DNA from: an uncultured Acidobacteriaceae bacterium
Lineage (GTDB): Bacteria > Acidobacteriota > Terriglobia > Terriglobales > Acidobacteriaceae
NCBI GenBank assembly: GCA_963838445.1
Contig: CAWIRT010000044.1
Span: 47,509-111,508 of the forward strand
DNA: 64,000 nt
Direction: 5' to 3'
This document shows, in pieces, positions 48,064-57,589 of the stretch. Each line of letters opens with the position of its first letter. The stretch's first letter is position 1. The notes below the pieces were generated by a model. It worked only from the letters and a program-made list of their open reading frames with translations. It had not been told where the DNA came from and ran no database searches. The position numbers and the translations under genes were made by a program.

Positions 48064-49530
48064 CTAAGTATCGGGCGAAGAGTCAGGAGTTACTTGATTG
48101 CTCTGCGGGGCTGTTGGGGTAGGCGCGCTATCGAGTGGTTTGCCGGTTTGGATCGGATCCGCCCATGGAAGCCAAACCTGAAAGCGAGTATCACCCGGTT
48201 TTGAAGTGACCTGAATATTGCCACCAAGCTTTCTGACCATTATTTGTACGGTGTTCAGCCCCAGGCCCGTTCCCTCGCCAACGCTCTTCGTCGTGAAAAA
48301 GGGATCAAAGATATAGGGTTTTATCTCGGGAGGAATTCCAGGGCCGTTATCGCCAATTTCAACCACAACGTAGGAGCCCTCGCGAAAGGTTCGAAGCAGA
48401 AGTTCACCCCGACCCTGCATTGCGTCGACGGAGTTCTCGATGATGTTGGCCCAGACTTGATTCAACTCGGTTCCCACCGTGTTCACGAGCAGCGGAACCG
48501 GTTCGTAGTCACGGTGCACCTTAATGGTGGGTTGCAGAATGTGGGCCAAAGCGCTCAGAGTGGTCTCCAAGCTTCGCGCGACATCAACATTCTGTACCGG
48601 CGACTGGTCCATATAGGTATATTCCTTAATCGTCCGAACCAGCTTCGCTACTCGGGTTGTACTGTTCTCTATTGTCCTGAGAAGAGTCGACAGTTCAGCA
48701 GAAGCGGCGATTCGCACCAGCGCAGCGCGAGCTATGCGTGGATCCAGTTGAGTCAGCAGGGAGGAGAGTGTGTCGGGAGGCATATGGTACGCTGCCAGCG
48801 CAGCCGATAACTGCCACGAATCGGCGTGGCCGTGACTCTGTAGTATCGAGTCCAGCCTTTCTTCCAAGTCGCTGAGAGCAAGTCCTTGTGATGGGATCAC
48901 GTCTGATTGCAGCAGCGAGGCTTCAACTTCTTCGATTTTGGCTTTGTCCGAGTCGTCGAGCGGGCAGCGCCACAATTCGGAGTTGGCGCTTCGCATTCTT
49001 GCCAGCGTCTCGCGCATTTGATCGCTCGCCCGCTTGGCAGCGGATGCGGGGTTATTCAATTCGTGGGCAAGCCCGGCTGATAGTTTACCCAACGAGATCA
49101 AACGGTCGCGCTGCTGCTCTATTCGAGTTCCTTCACGAATTCTGTCGGACATCATGGCGACCAATCTTGTCGTCAGCTGCGGCATTCTCGATATAAGTTC
49201 CGGAAAGAGAGCGGCCGGAAATTTGGCGAGACGGCCATCCGTAAGGGCTCGTCCGGTAACAGTGAACCGTTTCATTCTGGAGAAAGGAAACACCCCACTG
49301 ACATCACCCGCTTGCGCCGGAAGTGAAACAGTATCGCCACCAAATTCCCCTCTCCATTGAAAGAGTCCCTCCAGGAAAATGAAGAGCCAGTCTGCTGGAT
49401 CGCCTTGCCGAACGAAGGTTTCTCCGGCATGTACAGAGACCTCCTGCACATGGCTCAGAAACCACTCAATCTGGTCCTCCGGCAAGTCGGAGAATGCCGT
49501 GACACTCCGCAATTCCACTGAACTGATCAA
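48064..49530 (-). CDS. cytoplasmic sensor histidine kinase with an N-terminal cyclic-nucleotide-binding-like domain (orphan)
   Basis: cNMP-like beta-roll (GETFVRQGDPADWLFIFLEGLF...RALTDGRLAKF). HisKA H-box (LSAGLAHELNNPASAA). HATPase_c (GDNGPGIPPE..., GTGLGLN). Confidence 0.8.
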   Translation of the reverse strand: MISSVELRSVTAFSDLPEDQIEWFLSHVQEVSVHAGETFVRQGDPADWLFIFLEGLFQWRGEFGGDTVSLPAQAGDVSGVFPFSRMKRFTVTGRALTDGRLAKFPAALFPELISRMPQLTTRLVAMMSDRIREGTRIEQQRDRLISLGKLSAGLAHELNNPASAAKRASDQMRETLARMRSANSELWRCPLDDSDKAKIEEVEASLLQSDVIPSQGLALSDLEERLDSILQSHGHADSWQLSAALAAYHMPPDTLSSLLTQLDPRIARAALVRIAASAELSTLLRTIENSTTRVAKLVRTIKEYTYMDQSPVQNVDVARSLETTLSALAHILQPTIKVHRDYEPVPLLVNTVGTELNQVWANIIENSVDAMQGRGELLLRTFREGSYVVVEIGDNGPGIPPEIKPYIFDPFFTTKSVGEGTGLGLNTVQIMVRKLGGNIQVTSKPGDTRFQVWLPWADPIQTGKPLDSAPTPTAPQSNQVTPDSSPDT

Positions 49531-49705
49531 TCCTTAAGCCTTTCTCTGCTTGCGCAAGCCGGGATAGCGTTCCGAAGCGCCATCCCGTCTTCCATTGCGT
49601 TTTTCCTCGCCACATTTTTCGCCGGGCTTTGGTAAGACCGGCGCCTGACCGCCGATCCAGTCATCAGCTCGGGCCACTCTTTGGCAGCGCGTCTACACTA
49701 TCAGT

Positions 49706-50494
49706 GTGACCAACCTCGCCGGACCTCCTCAAACCCGGCCCGCGCCGGGAAAGCCCGAGCGCCACCCACTTATGCAGCAGCGCCTGAGCGCCGGTCTCCC
49801 CATACTCACTGCTCCCCGTTTCTATATCACGGGCCGCCAGCCGCTCCACCCCGCAGTCATCCTGCTCGCTATCGTTGTCGCTGTCGGTGCGCTCTCCTCG
49901 GTCCTTTATGCCCTAAGTCACGCCGGACATGCACATTTCAGCTCCGGCGGCTCGGGCGCTGATGGTTCCGCCAGCGCCACACTCGGGGGCACCCCAGCTG
50001 CCGACCAGAAAGACGATGACGATCCCGACCAGATCGACACCGTTGTTCTCGGCGATACCGGCGACGCTCCTGTGCCCGCCCGCAGTGCAGCCCACGTCAG
50101 CACCGTTCACCCCACCATCCTCGTTCGCCTTCCTCGCTCAGGCAACCAGGTGGGCTTGATTCCCGACACCCCTGCCGGCCACCTTCTGTACAACTGGCTT
50201 GCCGCTTTTAACCAGGCATCCTACCCCGGGCTTGCGACTGCTTTGCCCAATGTTGCTCTCGCCTCCGCGACCGCCGCACAGATGGAACTGCGGCGGCAGA
50301 CCGGCGGCTTCAGCCTGCTCTCTGCCAAAGAGGTCCAGCCCGGCGTCCTGGTCTTCCGACTCCACGACCAGACCCCCTCGGCAACTGAGGTCCTCGGCAC
50401 CCTCCAGGTGCGTCCGAACTCCAATCCGGCCACGATCGCGAGCTTCAGTCTTCGCGCCGTTCTCTCACCCCTCCAGGGCCCCTCACCGCAGTGA
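49706..50494 (+). CDS. hypothetical membrane-anchored protein with an acidic low-complexity linker
   Basis: One TM segment (AVILLAIVVAVGALSSVLYAL), a Gly/Ser/Asp-rich linker, then a ~130-aa globular C-terminus. The start is uncertain (49706 or 49772). Confidence 0.45.
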   Translation: MTNLAGPPQTRPAPGKPERHPLMQQRLSAGLPILTAPRFYITGRQPLHPAVILLAIVVAVGALSSVLYALSHAGHAHFSSGGSGADGSASATLGGTPAADQKDDDDPDQIDTVVLGDTGDAPVPARSAAHVSTVHPTILVRLPRSGNQVGLIPDTPAGHLLYNWLAAFNQASYPGLATALPNVALASATAAQMELRRQTGGFSLLSAKEVQPGVLVFRLHDQTPSATEVLGTLQVRPNSNPATIASFSLRAVLSPLQGPSPQ

Positions 50495-50642
50495 GCCGGC
50501 TACCGATCGCAATCTCATGGCGGTGAAGTCTTTCGCATCTTGTAAGGGCACCCAGTCTGCATCATGCAGGCCGTACTGGAACAGTGCTGGTGGCGAAGAC
50601 ATCGCAGTCGTTCGTGGCACCGGCAGCTCGCGCTGCCATCGT

Positions 50643-51065
50643 TCATTTCCAGGCGGCCAGCAGGGCCCCGATGATCAGCAAACCGACTAACCAATAGCCG
50701 CTATTAATGATGAAGAGCTTGATGGGGCGGCCTTCGTAGATGCCCTGAGGAAACTGTGTTGCGGCGAAGAATCCGAGCCAGCTAAGAAAGCCGACAAACG
50801 CGCCCATGCCGAGCGTGGAGGCTCCAGACCAGAGAACGAAATGGAGCAGCACGAACGCAACCAGCACGTCTCCAATGAACGAGGAGATCATGCCCGCGGC
50901 AAGGCCCTTTTTGGGACCGGTGGGGACGATGCCGAGAGCTGCCATCCAAGGCTTGGCGAATAGGCCTGGGGAGTACCAGATGGCACCGAGGAACCACAGG
51001 ATCAAAGCCGATACAAGCACGGCCCAGTGATTGATGTGGTGCAGGTGGTGGATGGACAGGTCCAT
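50643..51065 (-). CDS. DUF1761-family small membrane protein
   Basis: 140 aa with 4 TM segments. INHWAVLVSALILWFLGAIWYSPGLFAKPWMAALG is typical of DUF1761. Confidence 0.65.
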   Translation of the reverse strand: MDLSIHHLHHINHWAVLVSALILWFLGAIWYSPGLFAKPWMAALGIVPTGPKKGLAAGMISSFIGDVLVAFVLLHFVLWSGASTLGMGAFVGFLSWLGFFAATQFPQGIYEGRPIKLFIINSGYWLVGLLIIGALLAAWK

Positions 51066-51187
51066 ACGCTTCTCCTAACTAGAGTTGTGGGGTATGCAGG
51101 GCTGGGATCGACTTTGCCCCAGGAGCAGACCCACTGTCAAACTTGTTCGGGAAGTACCACAACGCCGCAGCGATCTGCCGGACGCAT

Positions 51188-51890
51188 CCATGGCGAGAGC
51201 GCACGGCCGACGGAAATGGTGCGTGATATGCGTGGTATGCGTGGTAAGTACGGGCTCCTTGGCCTGGCGGCAATCGAGACCGGGGCGGCCATGGCGAGAG
51301 CATGGCCGACGGAAATGGTGCGTGATATGCGTGGTATGCGTGGTAAGTACAGGCTCCCTGGCCTGGCGGCAATCGAGACCGGGGCGGCCATGGCGAGAGC
51401 ATGGCCGACGGAAATGGTGCGTGATATGCGTGGTATGCGTGGTAAGTACAGGCTCCCTGGCCTGGCGGCAATCGAGACCGGGGCGGCCATGGCGAGAGCA
51501 TGGCCGACGGAAATGGTGCGTGATATGCGTGGTATGCGTGGTAAGTACAGGCTCCCTGGCCTGGCGGCAATCGAGACCGGGGCGGCCATGGCGAGAGCAT
51601 GGCCGACGGAAATGGTGCGTGATATGCGTGGTATGCGTGGTAAGTACAGGCTCCCTGGCCTGGCGGCAATCGAGACCGGGGCGGCCATGGCGAGAGCATG
51701 GCCGACGGAAATGGTGCGTGATATGCGTGGTATGCGTGGTAAGTACAGGCTCCCTGGCCTGGCGGCAATCGAGACCGGGGCGGCCATGGCGAGAGCATGG
51801 CCGACGGAAATGGTGCGTGATATGCGTGGTATGCGTGGTAAGTACAGGCTCCCTGGCCTGGCGGCAATCGAGACCGGGGGCAGCCATGGC
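51188..51890. repeat. tandem array: 7 copies of a 99-bp unit (copies 2-7 identical, copy 1 degenerate)
   Basis: Unit: ccatggcgagagcatggccgacggaaatggtgcgtgatatgcgtggtatgcgtggtaagtacaggctccctggcctggcggcaatcgagaccggggcgg. Copies start at 51188 (101 bp, variant), then 51289, 51388, 51487, 51586, 51685 and 51784. The array decays at 51879-51890. The ORF track shows five overlapping ORFs with 33-aa periodicity. Confidence 0.95.
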
Positions 51891-52180
51891 AGGCGAAGGG
51901 ATGGCGCTCGTTTGGGCCGCAGCCCTGGCAAGAGATTTATATGGGGTAAGACAACGAAAACGCCGGAAGCCGCCCATACCTGTATATATGCAGATTGGCT
52001 CTACTTTTCACTAAAAAGTTCCCGGCGGCAATCTTTGGTGGGTTACCAATGCGCCCACAAGCCTGCCGCTCTTTCAGATTGGCGCCAAGCGCGTCCCGAA
52101 CTGCGCCTGACTTCGTTGAGCGTCCTGAAGGTAACTGCAGGCGAAAACACTTCTCACGAGTGAGAAAACGCCATTGTGGT

Positions 52181-54646
52181 TCACTCCATGCGCAAGGCTC
52201 GCATAGGTTCCACCGAAGCAGCGCGACGGGCGGGCGCGAGAGCAGCGCACGCCGATACCAATATCAGGACAGCGATGGCGAACCCAAATGCCAGTGGATC
52301 GAAGGGCGAAACCTGGTAGAGCATCGAGCCGAGGGAGCGCATGGCGAACAGCGTGAGCGGAATGCCCACGGCAAGACCGAGACCCAGCACCCAGAGACTC
52401 TCGCGCATCACCATGACCAACACCCGGGTGCGGCTTGCGCCCAGCGCCATGCGGATCCCGATTTCCTTCTTACGGCGATTGACCCGGAATGAGTGCGTTC
52501 CATAAAGGCCGGTGGCCACCAGCAGTGCGGCCAGCATGCCGAAGAATCCACCCAGCGCGGCGAACATGCGCTGCTGCTCATACGATTTATCAAATTGCGC
52601 TTGCTGCGTCATCGGCTGTTCGAGCGCCACGGCCGGGTACAATGCCGCGATGGCCTTCCGCATCGCCGGGAGCATTGAGATGGCATCCGCATGCGTACGT
52701 ACCTCAATGTGCATCGTCGCCAGGTCCGATTCCTGCATCGCCGCGTAATACGCCATGGGCGTCGGCTTCTCGTCGACGCTGATGTATTTGCTATCTTGCA
52801 CGACGCCCACGATCATCTGCGTACTCCCGCCTGAGCCGAGCACATGGCCCAACGGATTCGTGGCGCCCAGATATTTCTTCACGAATGTCTCGTTCACGAT
52901 GGCAACCGCACGCGTTTGCAGCGTGTCGGCATCGGTCACATCCCGTCCGGCCAGAATCGGAATGCCCAGGGTTTGGAAGAAATTCGGGCCGACAGTATCG
53001 GTGCGAAGAAGAGCACCTGGTTGCAGCATTCCGTCCACAGTCAGACCGTTGTTGTCGGCCCATCCCGTTCCCGGGCGGTTCCTCACCATCGAAACCGATT
53101 CCACACCCGGCATTTGCTTCAGGTGATCGAGCAGTTGGGGGTAAAACACATGCCCATCGACGCTGGCCTGTGGGGTGACGCCGAAGACGAGCAGGCTTTC
53201 CGCCTTCATCCCCAGCTTCTGCGTGGCATAGTTGCGCAAAGTGCTCAGCAGCAGTGCCGCCGCCATGAGCAAGACCAGGCAAATCGCGATCTGCGTCGAC
53301 AACACTACGCGTCCCGCGACCACGCGATTGCGTGTGGCGGTCGAGTTGGAGGAAGTTGACCGCAGGACCCCAGCCACTGGCGCGCGCACCGCGCCCCACA
53401 GTGGAACCAGGCTGAACGTCCATGCGGCCAGAACCGAAATAGCCAGCGTGAACGACAAAACCGTGGCATCTGGATTGAGACCAGTTTCGATCCCCGACCA
53501 CGCCCCCAGGAGGCGCGTCGCCCAAATCGCAAACAGCCATCCCAAGAGTGCGCCCGTACCCACCAGCAAGAGGCTCTCACATAACAACTGGCGGAAAATG
53601 ACTCCCTGCCTCGCGCCCATCGCCATGCGCAGGCTGAACTCATGTTCGCGTGTGGCGTTTCGTGCCTGCACCATCATGGCCACATTGGTGCACGCTAGCA
53701 GGAGCACAAGGCCCACAAGGCCCATCAGCATGCTCACGGGCGTGCGATATTCCTGGTTGGAGTCTCCGATGCCGCGCGCCGAAATGAAATCAAGCAGCGG
53801 CTTCCATTCCCTGGGATCAACATCGCCCATGGTTTGCTTGACCACGCCAGCAAGTGTGCCGGAAAGCGCCTGCTGTGCCTGCATCGGCGACACACCCTCA
53901 CGCAGCCGGGCGATCATGCGCAGACACCACCATTTGGGCGAACCGTACAAGGTATCAAATTTGACCGGCTGACCCCACGCATTGAATTCAGGACGATTCT
54001 GCAACGGCATCCAGAAGTCGGTGGCTGTGCCCGGCTCGATCCCTTTGAATCCGTTTGCCGTGATCCCGACAACGGTAATCGGAACTCCCTTGATGTAAAT
54101 GGTCTGCCCCACAACCTCCGGATCCCGGGCGAAACTCCGCGTCCAGTAGTCGTGGCTGAGAACTACGATGGCCGCGTGATTTTTCTCGTCCTCGAACGTA
54201 AATCCGCGGCCCCGCTCCATCCGTACGCTCAGGCCAGAAAAGAAATTGCCGCTCACCTCTTCCCCTGCGGCCGATTCTGGAAGCTTGCCATGGCGAACAG
54301 CGACACTCCGATTGAAACTGAGTGGTACGTACCCGGTTAGATCCTCGAAAACATCCGTCCGCTGCCGTAGCGCTGCAAAGACCGGCTCGGAGAATGGGGT
54401 GTGCCGGTCACCGGTTTCATCTGCGCCCGGCGGCTGCGATTCTCCATTCGCTAGGTGCACATAGTAGAGTCGGTGCGGGCGCGCTACGGGCAGCAGTCGC
54501 ATCAGCACGGCATTCATCACGCTGAAGACGGCAGTATTCGCGCCAATACCCAGCGCAAGCATCACGACCACAACGGCTGAGAACATGGGCGTCCGGCACA
54601 GTTGCCGCAAAGCGTAGCGAACATCCCGGGCAATTGATCCCATCAT
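52181..54646 (-). CDS. ADOP-type duplicated FtsX/MacB-like permease (intact)
   Basis: GGAGG lies 3 nt upstream of ATGATG (54646/54643). ARDVRYALRQLCRTPMFSAVVVVMLALGIGANTAVFSV..., two FtsX domains (EHEFSLRMAMGAR; KEIGIRMALGASR), ending SVEPMRALRME*. The ORF is uninterrupted. Confidence 0.85.
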   Translation of the reverse strand: MMGSIARDVRYALRQLCRTPMFSAVVVVMLALGIGANTAVFSVMNAVLMRLLPVARPHRLYYVHLANGESQPPGADETGDRHTPFSEPVFAALRQRTDVFEDLTGYVPLSFNRSVAVRHGKLPESAAGEEVSGNFFSGLSVRMERGRGFTFEDEKNHAAIVVLSHDYWTRSFARDPEVVGQTIYIKGVPITVVGITANGFKGIEPGTATDFWMPLQNRPEFNAWGQPVKFDTLYGSPKWWCLRMIARLREGVSPMQAQQALSGTLAGVVKQTMGDVDPREWKPLLDFISARGIGDSNQEYRTPVSMLMGLVGLVLLLACTNVAMMVQARNATREHEFSLRMAMGARQGVIFRQLLCESLLLVGTGALLGWLFAIWATRLLGAWSGIETGLNPDATVLSFTLAISVLAAWTFSLVPLWGAVRAPVAGVLRSTSSNSTATRNRVVAGRVVLSTQIAICLVLLMAAALLLSTLRNYATQKLGMKAESLLVFGVTPQASVDGHVFYPQLLDHLKQMPGVESVSMVRNRPGTGWADNNGLTVDGMLQPGALLRTDTVGPNFFQTLGIPILAGRDVTDADTLQTRAVAIVNETFVKKYLGATNPLGHVLGSGGSTQMIVGVVQDSKYISVDEKPTPMAYYAAMQESDLATMHIEVRTHADAISMLPAMRKAIAALYPAVALEQPMTQQAQFDKSYEQQRMFAALGGFFGMLAALLVATGLYGTHSFRVNRRKKEIGIRMALGASRTRVLVMVMRESLWVLGLGLAVGIPLTLFAMRSLGSMLYQVSPFDPLAFGFAIAVLILVSACAALAPARRAASVEPMRALRME

Positions 54647-54879
54647 CGACCTCCAGGCGCACAACAGCGATGGTCTCATGGAGAATGTATGTCGTGCCAG
54701 ACGCAGGTTACATTCAGTGACCTATTTCGTGGGACGGTCGTGCTTGCTTCACCATCCTGAAGGGAAGCCCTTTCAAGTAGCAATCTTTCCCAAACGATGT
54801 GGGCGCAGCATTGTGGACAGCATCGGAAGAATTCATTCGCATTCGAGGCTGAGGAAGGTTATGGAACGAAAGGCACCGT

Positions 54880-55435
54880 TCCTCAGGGGCTAAAGCCCAT
54901 CGTTCTGTTTCAATGTATGTACGGGCTGAAGCCCGTACCCTTCAGAGAGGAAGGTACCTCAGGGGCTAAAGCCCTCACCAGCCGGAGTGTTTTGCGGCAC
55001 GGCTGAAGCCGTGCCCTTCGTTCATCAACGCAACTCGAAACTCGTTGCCAACCTAATTTTGTTCGGGCAGGCTCTCTTCAAACCAATCAACAAGCTACAT
55101 CGAAAAAAAAGCAGTTGATCCGTTAATTTGGACAGCTCTGAAGCTCAACCGTCCCTGCGGGACTGGAATTCGAAAATGTTCAGCCGTTCCTTCGGAGCCA
55201 TAGGAGAAGCAAAAGGTGCCGCACCTACGGCGCTCGATCATCATCGTCAATTGACACCCAGCCCTTCCGGGCTGGGCTGACGTTTGGCGGGCCGGCACCG
55301 AGCCTAGGGAGCGGCTGGATCCTTTTCTGCGGTTCTCTCACCCAGGAGCTAGTCAAGCTTTGGACAAGACTGAAGCTCAACCGTCCCTGCGGGACTGTTC
55401 GTCATTTCGGATCCCACCCGAGGACTACGTCTATA
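54880..55435. repeat. REP-like hairpin cluster
   Basis: Hairpins: ggggctaaagccc, gtacgggctgaagcccgtac, ggcacggctgaagccgtgcc and cccagcccttccgggctggg. A ~33-bp direct repeat (ctgaagctcaaccgtccctgcgggactg) occurs near 55136 and 55369. Confidence 0.7.
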
Positions 55436-55799
55436 AGCACTCACTCGTTTGGAATGTTTTTCTTCAAAGCTCCCACGAAATCGTCATATTGAGAGCTTGT
55501 GACTTTTTTGATTTGGCCTGTAGTTTGTGGCTGGAAAACTGGGGAGAGCATCTGCTAACAAGCATCGCCGGGGTTCCTTCGGCTACGCTCAGGACAGGCC
55601 CTTCGACTGCGCGCCATAAGCCGTCCGTTATGCGATAGATCCGCGCAGCGCTTCGCTCAGGATGACGGCTTTGTGCCGGGGGTAAAAAGCATCCGGTTAG
55701 CTACGCAGAAAACACGAAAAGATCGAAAAAGTCACAGGCTCTCAGGATGACGATTTCGTGGGAGCTTTGAAGAAAAACATTCCAAACGAGTGAGCGCTT
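55436..55799. repeat. MITE-like non-coding palindromic element (364 bp) with 48-bp perfect terminal inverted repeats
   Basis: 55440-55487 (ctcactcgtttggaatgtttttcttcaaagctcccacgaaatcgtcat) is the exact reverse complement of 55747-55794. The arms continue imperfectly for ~40 bp. The internal segment 55492-55664 recurs at 63828-64000. Confidence 0.75.
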
Positions 55800-55899
55800 G
55801 TGGGACTTCTTCAGCGGATTGGTGTTGTGGCTTTTCGAGTTCAGCCTTGGGTCTGTGAGACGCGCTGGCAGGGCTCTGGTTTGAGGACGGCGGGTAAAG

Positions 55900-56307
55900 C
55901 TATTTGATCAGGAATTCTCGATCTACGGGGATTTGCATTGAGTTGGCCAGGGTATTTGTTTCAGCAGCCATGCCGATGACCGCCAAGAACTCGGCATATT
56001 GTTCATCGGAGAGGCCTTTCGCGCGCGCTGCGGCGGTGTGCGAATGGATGCAGTAGCTGCAGCTGTTGGCGGTGGATATCGCTATATAGACCAGCTCTTT
56101 GGTAAGCGGATCGAGCACTCCGGGCTCAATCATCACCTGTTTGACGCTGGCCCAGGTCCGCTCAAGCAGGCTGGGCTGATTTGCAAGAGCACGCCAGAAA
56201 TTGTTTACAAAGTCTGACTTACGCGTGGCGCGTATATCGTCGAATACAGCCTTCAGCGTTGGGACGGCTGCTGCTTCGTCATCGGTCCAGAGCTTTACCG
56301 TGGCCAC
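55900..56307 (-). CDS. carboxymuconolactone decarboxylase (AhpD-like) family protein
   Basis: 135 aa. CxxC motif in ANSCSYCIHSH. Second CMD-family gene in the window. Confidence 0.75.
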   Translation of the reverse strand: MATVKLWTDDEAAAVPTLKAVFDDIRATRKSDFVNNFWRALANQPSLLERTWASVKQVMIEPGVLDPLTKELVYIAISTANSCSYCIHSHTAAARAKGLSDEQYAEFLAVIGMAAETNTLANSMQIPVDREFLIK

Positions 56308-56385
56308 CTAACCCTCCAATTGCGTGATACGCAGGAACTCGGAATTTTGGTGTCGATTTCCCCGGCAACCTACAGCCGGTGAACT

Positions 56386-57501
56386 TTACTCGAAGTGAAG
56401 CACTACGATTTCGGGATTCGATCCGAGCCGCAGCGGCGGTCCCCAGGTTCCCGCTCCGCTGGAGGTGAAGACCTGCATCTTCCCGATATGACTTAAGCCG
56501 TAGACAAACTGGCGGTAGATGCGCCGGGCCATCCAGCTCCAAGGTATGAACTGCCCAAGGTGCGTATGCCCGGATAGCTGCAGAGAAACGCCCGCAGCCT
56601 CCGCAATTTCCGGATGGTCGGGTGCATGCGTCAATAGAATGCTCGCGCGATTGCGATCCAAGCGGATGCCTTGCAGCACCGAAGTAAAATGCCCGCCTTG
56701 CACCGCGTTCCGGTACGGCACACCAACAATCTGCAAACCGTCAACTTCGACCTTCTCATTGATGAGCACGCGCACCCCGGCTGCCGCAATGGCATGCAGA
56801 TATTTGCTGTCATCGCCAAACTGCTCATGGTTTCCCGCGACAAAATACACGCCGTGGGGCGCCACGAGCCGGCTCAACGGCTCCGCTGCTCGCCGGACGT
56901 CGATGGCGGTGCCGTCATACAAATCACCCGCAATAAAAATCGCGTCCGGCTCTTCCTTCAAAATCCTGGCAACCATCCGCCGCAGAAAACTGCCGTTTCG
57001 CACATGCCCCAGGTGCAGGTCGCTGATGAGCGCCGCCCTCCGCCCGCGCCACGCCGGCGGCAAGTTCGCGAGCCGTACCGTCGTTCGAGTGATTCGCGTC
57101 CAGCTTGCGTTGAAAACTCCATAGAGGCCAGCCACTCCTGCAGCGCCGAACAGCCATTCCACCATCCGATGGAATCTCACGTCCAGCCCAGACAGGTGCG
57201 CAACTCCGAAAATTATCCACGAGAAAACAGCGGCGAAGAAGAGGAATGTCAAGAAGCCCAGCCAAACCGCTGCAATGCGATAAAACGCGCGCACCGCAAC
57301 ATCTGTATAGCGGAAGGCAAGGAGGGAAGCGGCAACAAAGCTCACCGACAAAAAGCCGAGAACCATCTTGATCCACAGCTTGCCAGGGATATCGCTTCCA
57401 GCGGGCGAAAATGTCCACGTCTCATAGACAAGAAAATGAGAGAGAAAAAGCACGGCCTGCAGAATTACGATGAGGCCGATCAAGCCCTTTTGTACCCGCA
57501 T
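56386..57501 (-). CDS. membrane-anchored metallophosphoesterase (YkuE/calcineurin-like)
   Basis: N-terminal TM segments, then the phosphoesterase motifs ISDLHLGH, IAGDLYDG, VAGNHE, LTHAP and SGHTHLG. Confidence 0.8.
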   Translation of the reverse strand: MRVQKGLIGLIVILQAVLFLSHFLVYETWTFSPAGSDIPGKLWIKMVLGFLSVSFVAASLLAFRYTDVAVRAFYRIAAVWLGFLTFLFFAAVFSWIIFGVAHLSGLDVRFHRMVEWLFGAAGVAGLYGVFNASWTRITRTTVRLANLPPAWRGRRAALISDLHLGHVRNGSFLRRMVARILKEEPDAIFIAGDLYDGTAIDVRRAAEPLSRLVAPHGVYFVAGNHEQFGDDSKYLHAIAAAGVRVLINEKVEVDGLQIVGVPYRNAVQGGHFTSVLQGIRLDRNRASILLTHAPDHPEIAEAAGVSLQLSGHTHLGQFIPWSWMARRIYRQFVYGLSHIGKMQVFTSSGAGTWGPPLRLGSNPEIVVLHFE

Positions 57502-57589
57502 GATGGGTTAGATTCCCCAATCTGCCATTCGGATTGTTGGCGTAGTGTCCTGGAAATCAGCAGAAAAATCAAAGCTGGGCCCCATCAAC

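Noticed and set aside
51188-51890. Possible CRISPR array
   Set aside because: The whole 99-bp unit repeats identically. There are no unique spacers between repeats, and no cas genes are present in the window.
51027-52163. Five overlapping 260-380 aa ORFs (both strands) as real repeat proteins
   Set aside because: They all exist only because the 99-bp unit lacks stops in five frames. At most one could be real. None has a start context or a known repeat-domain signature, and the base-perfect identity gives no codon-position signal. Coding is left open as a minor possibility in the finding.
52143-52166. Rho-independent terminator after the ADOP permease (ttctcacgagtgagaa hairpin followed by gtgttttc on the minus strand)
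   Set aside because: The stem is only 6 bp and AT-rich, and the T-tract is short and interrupted.
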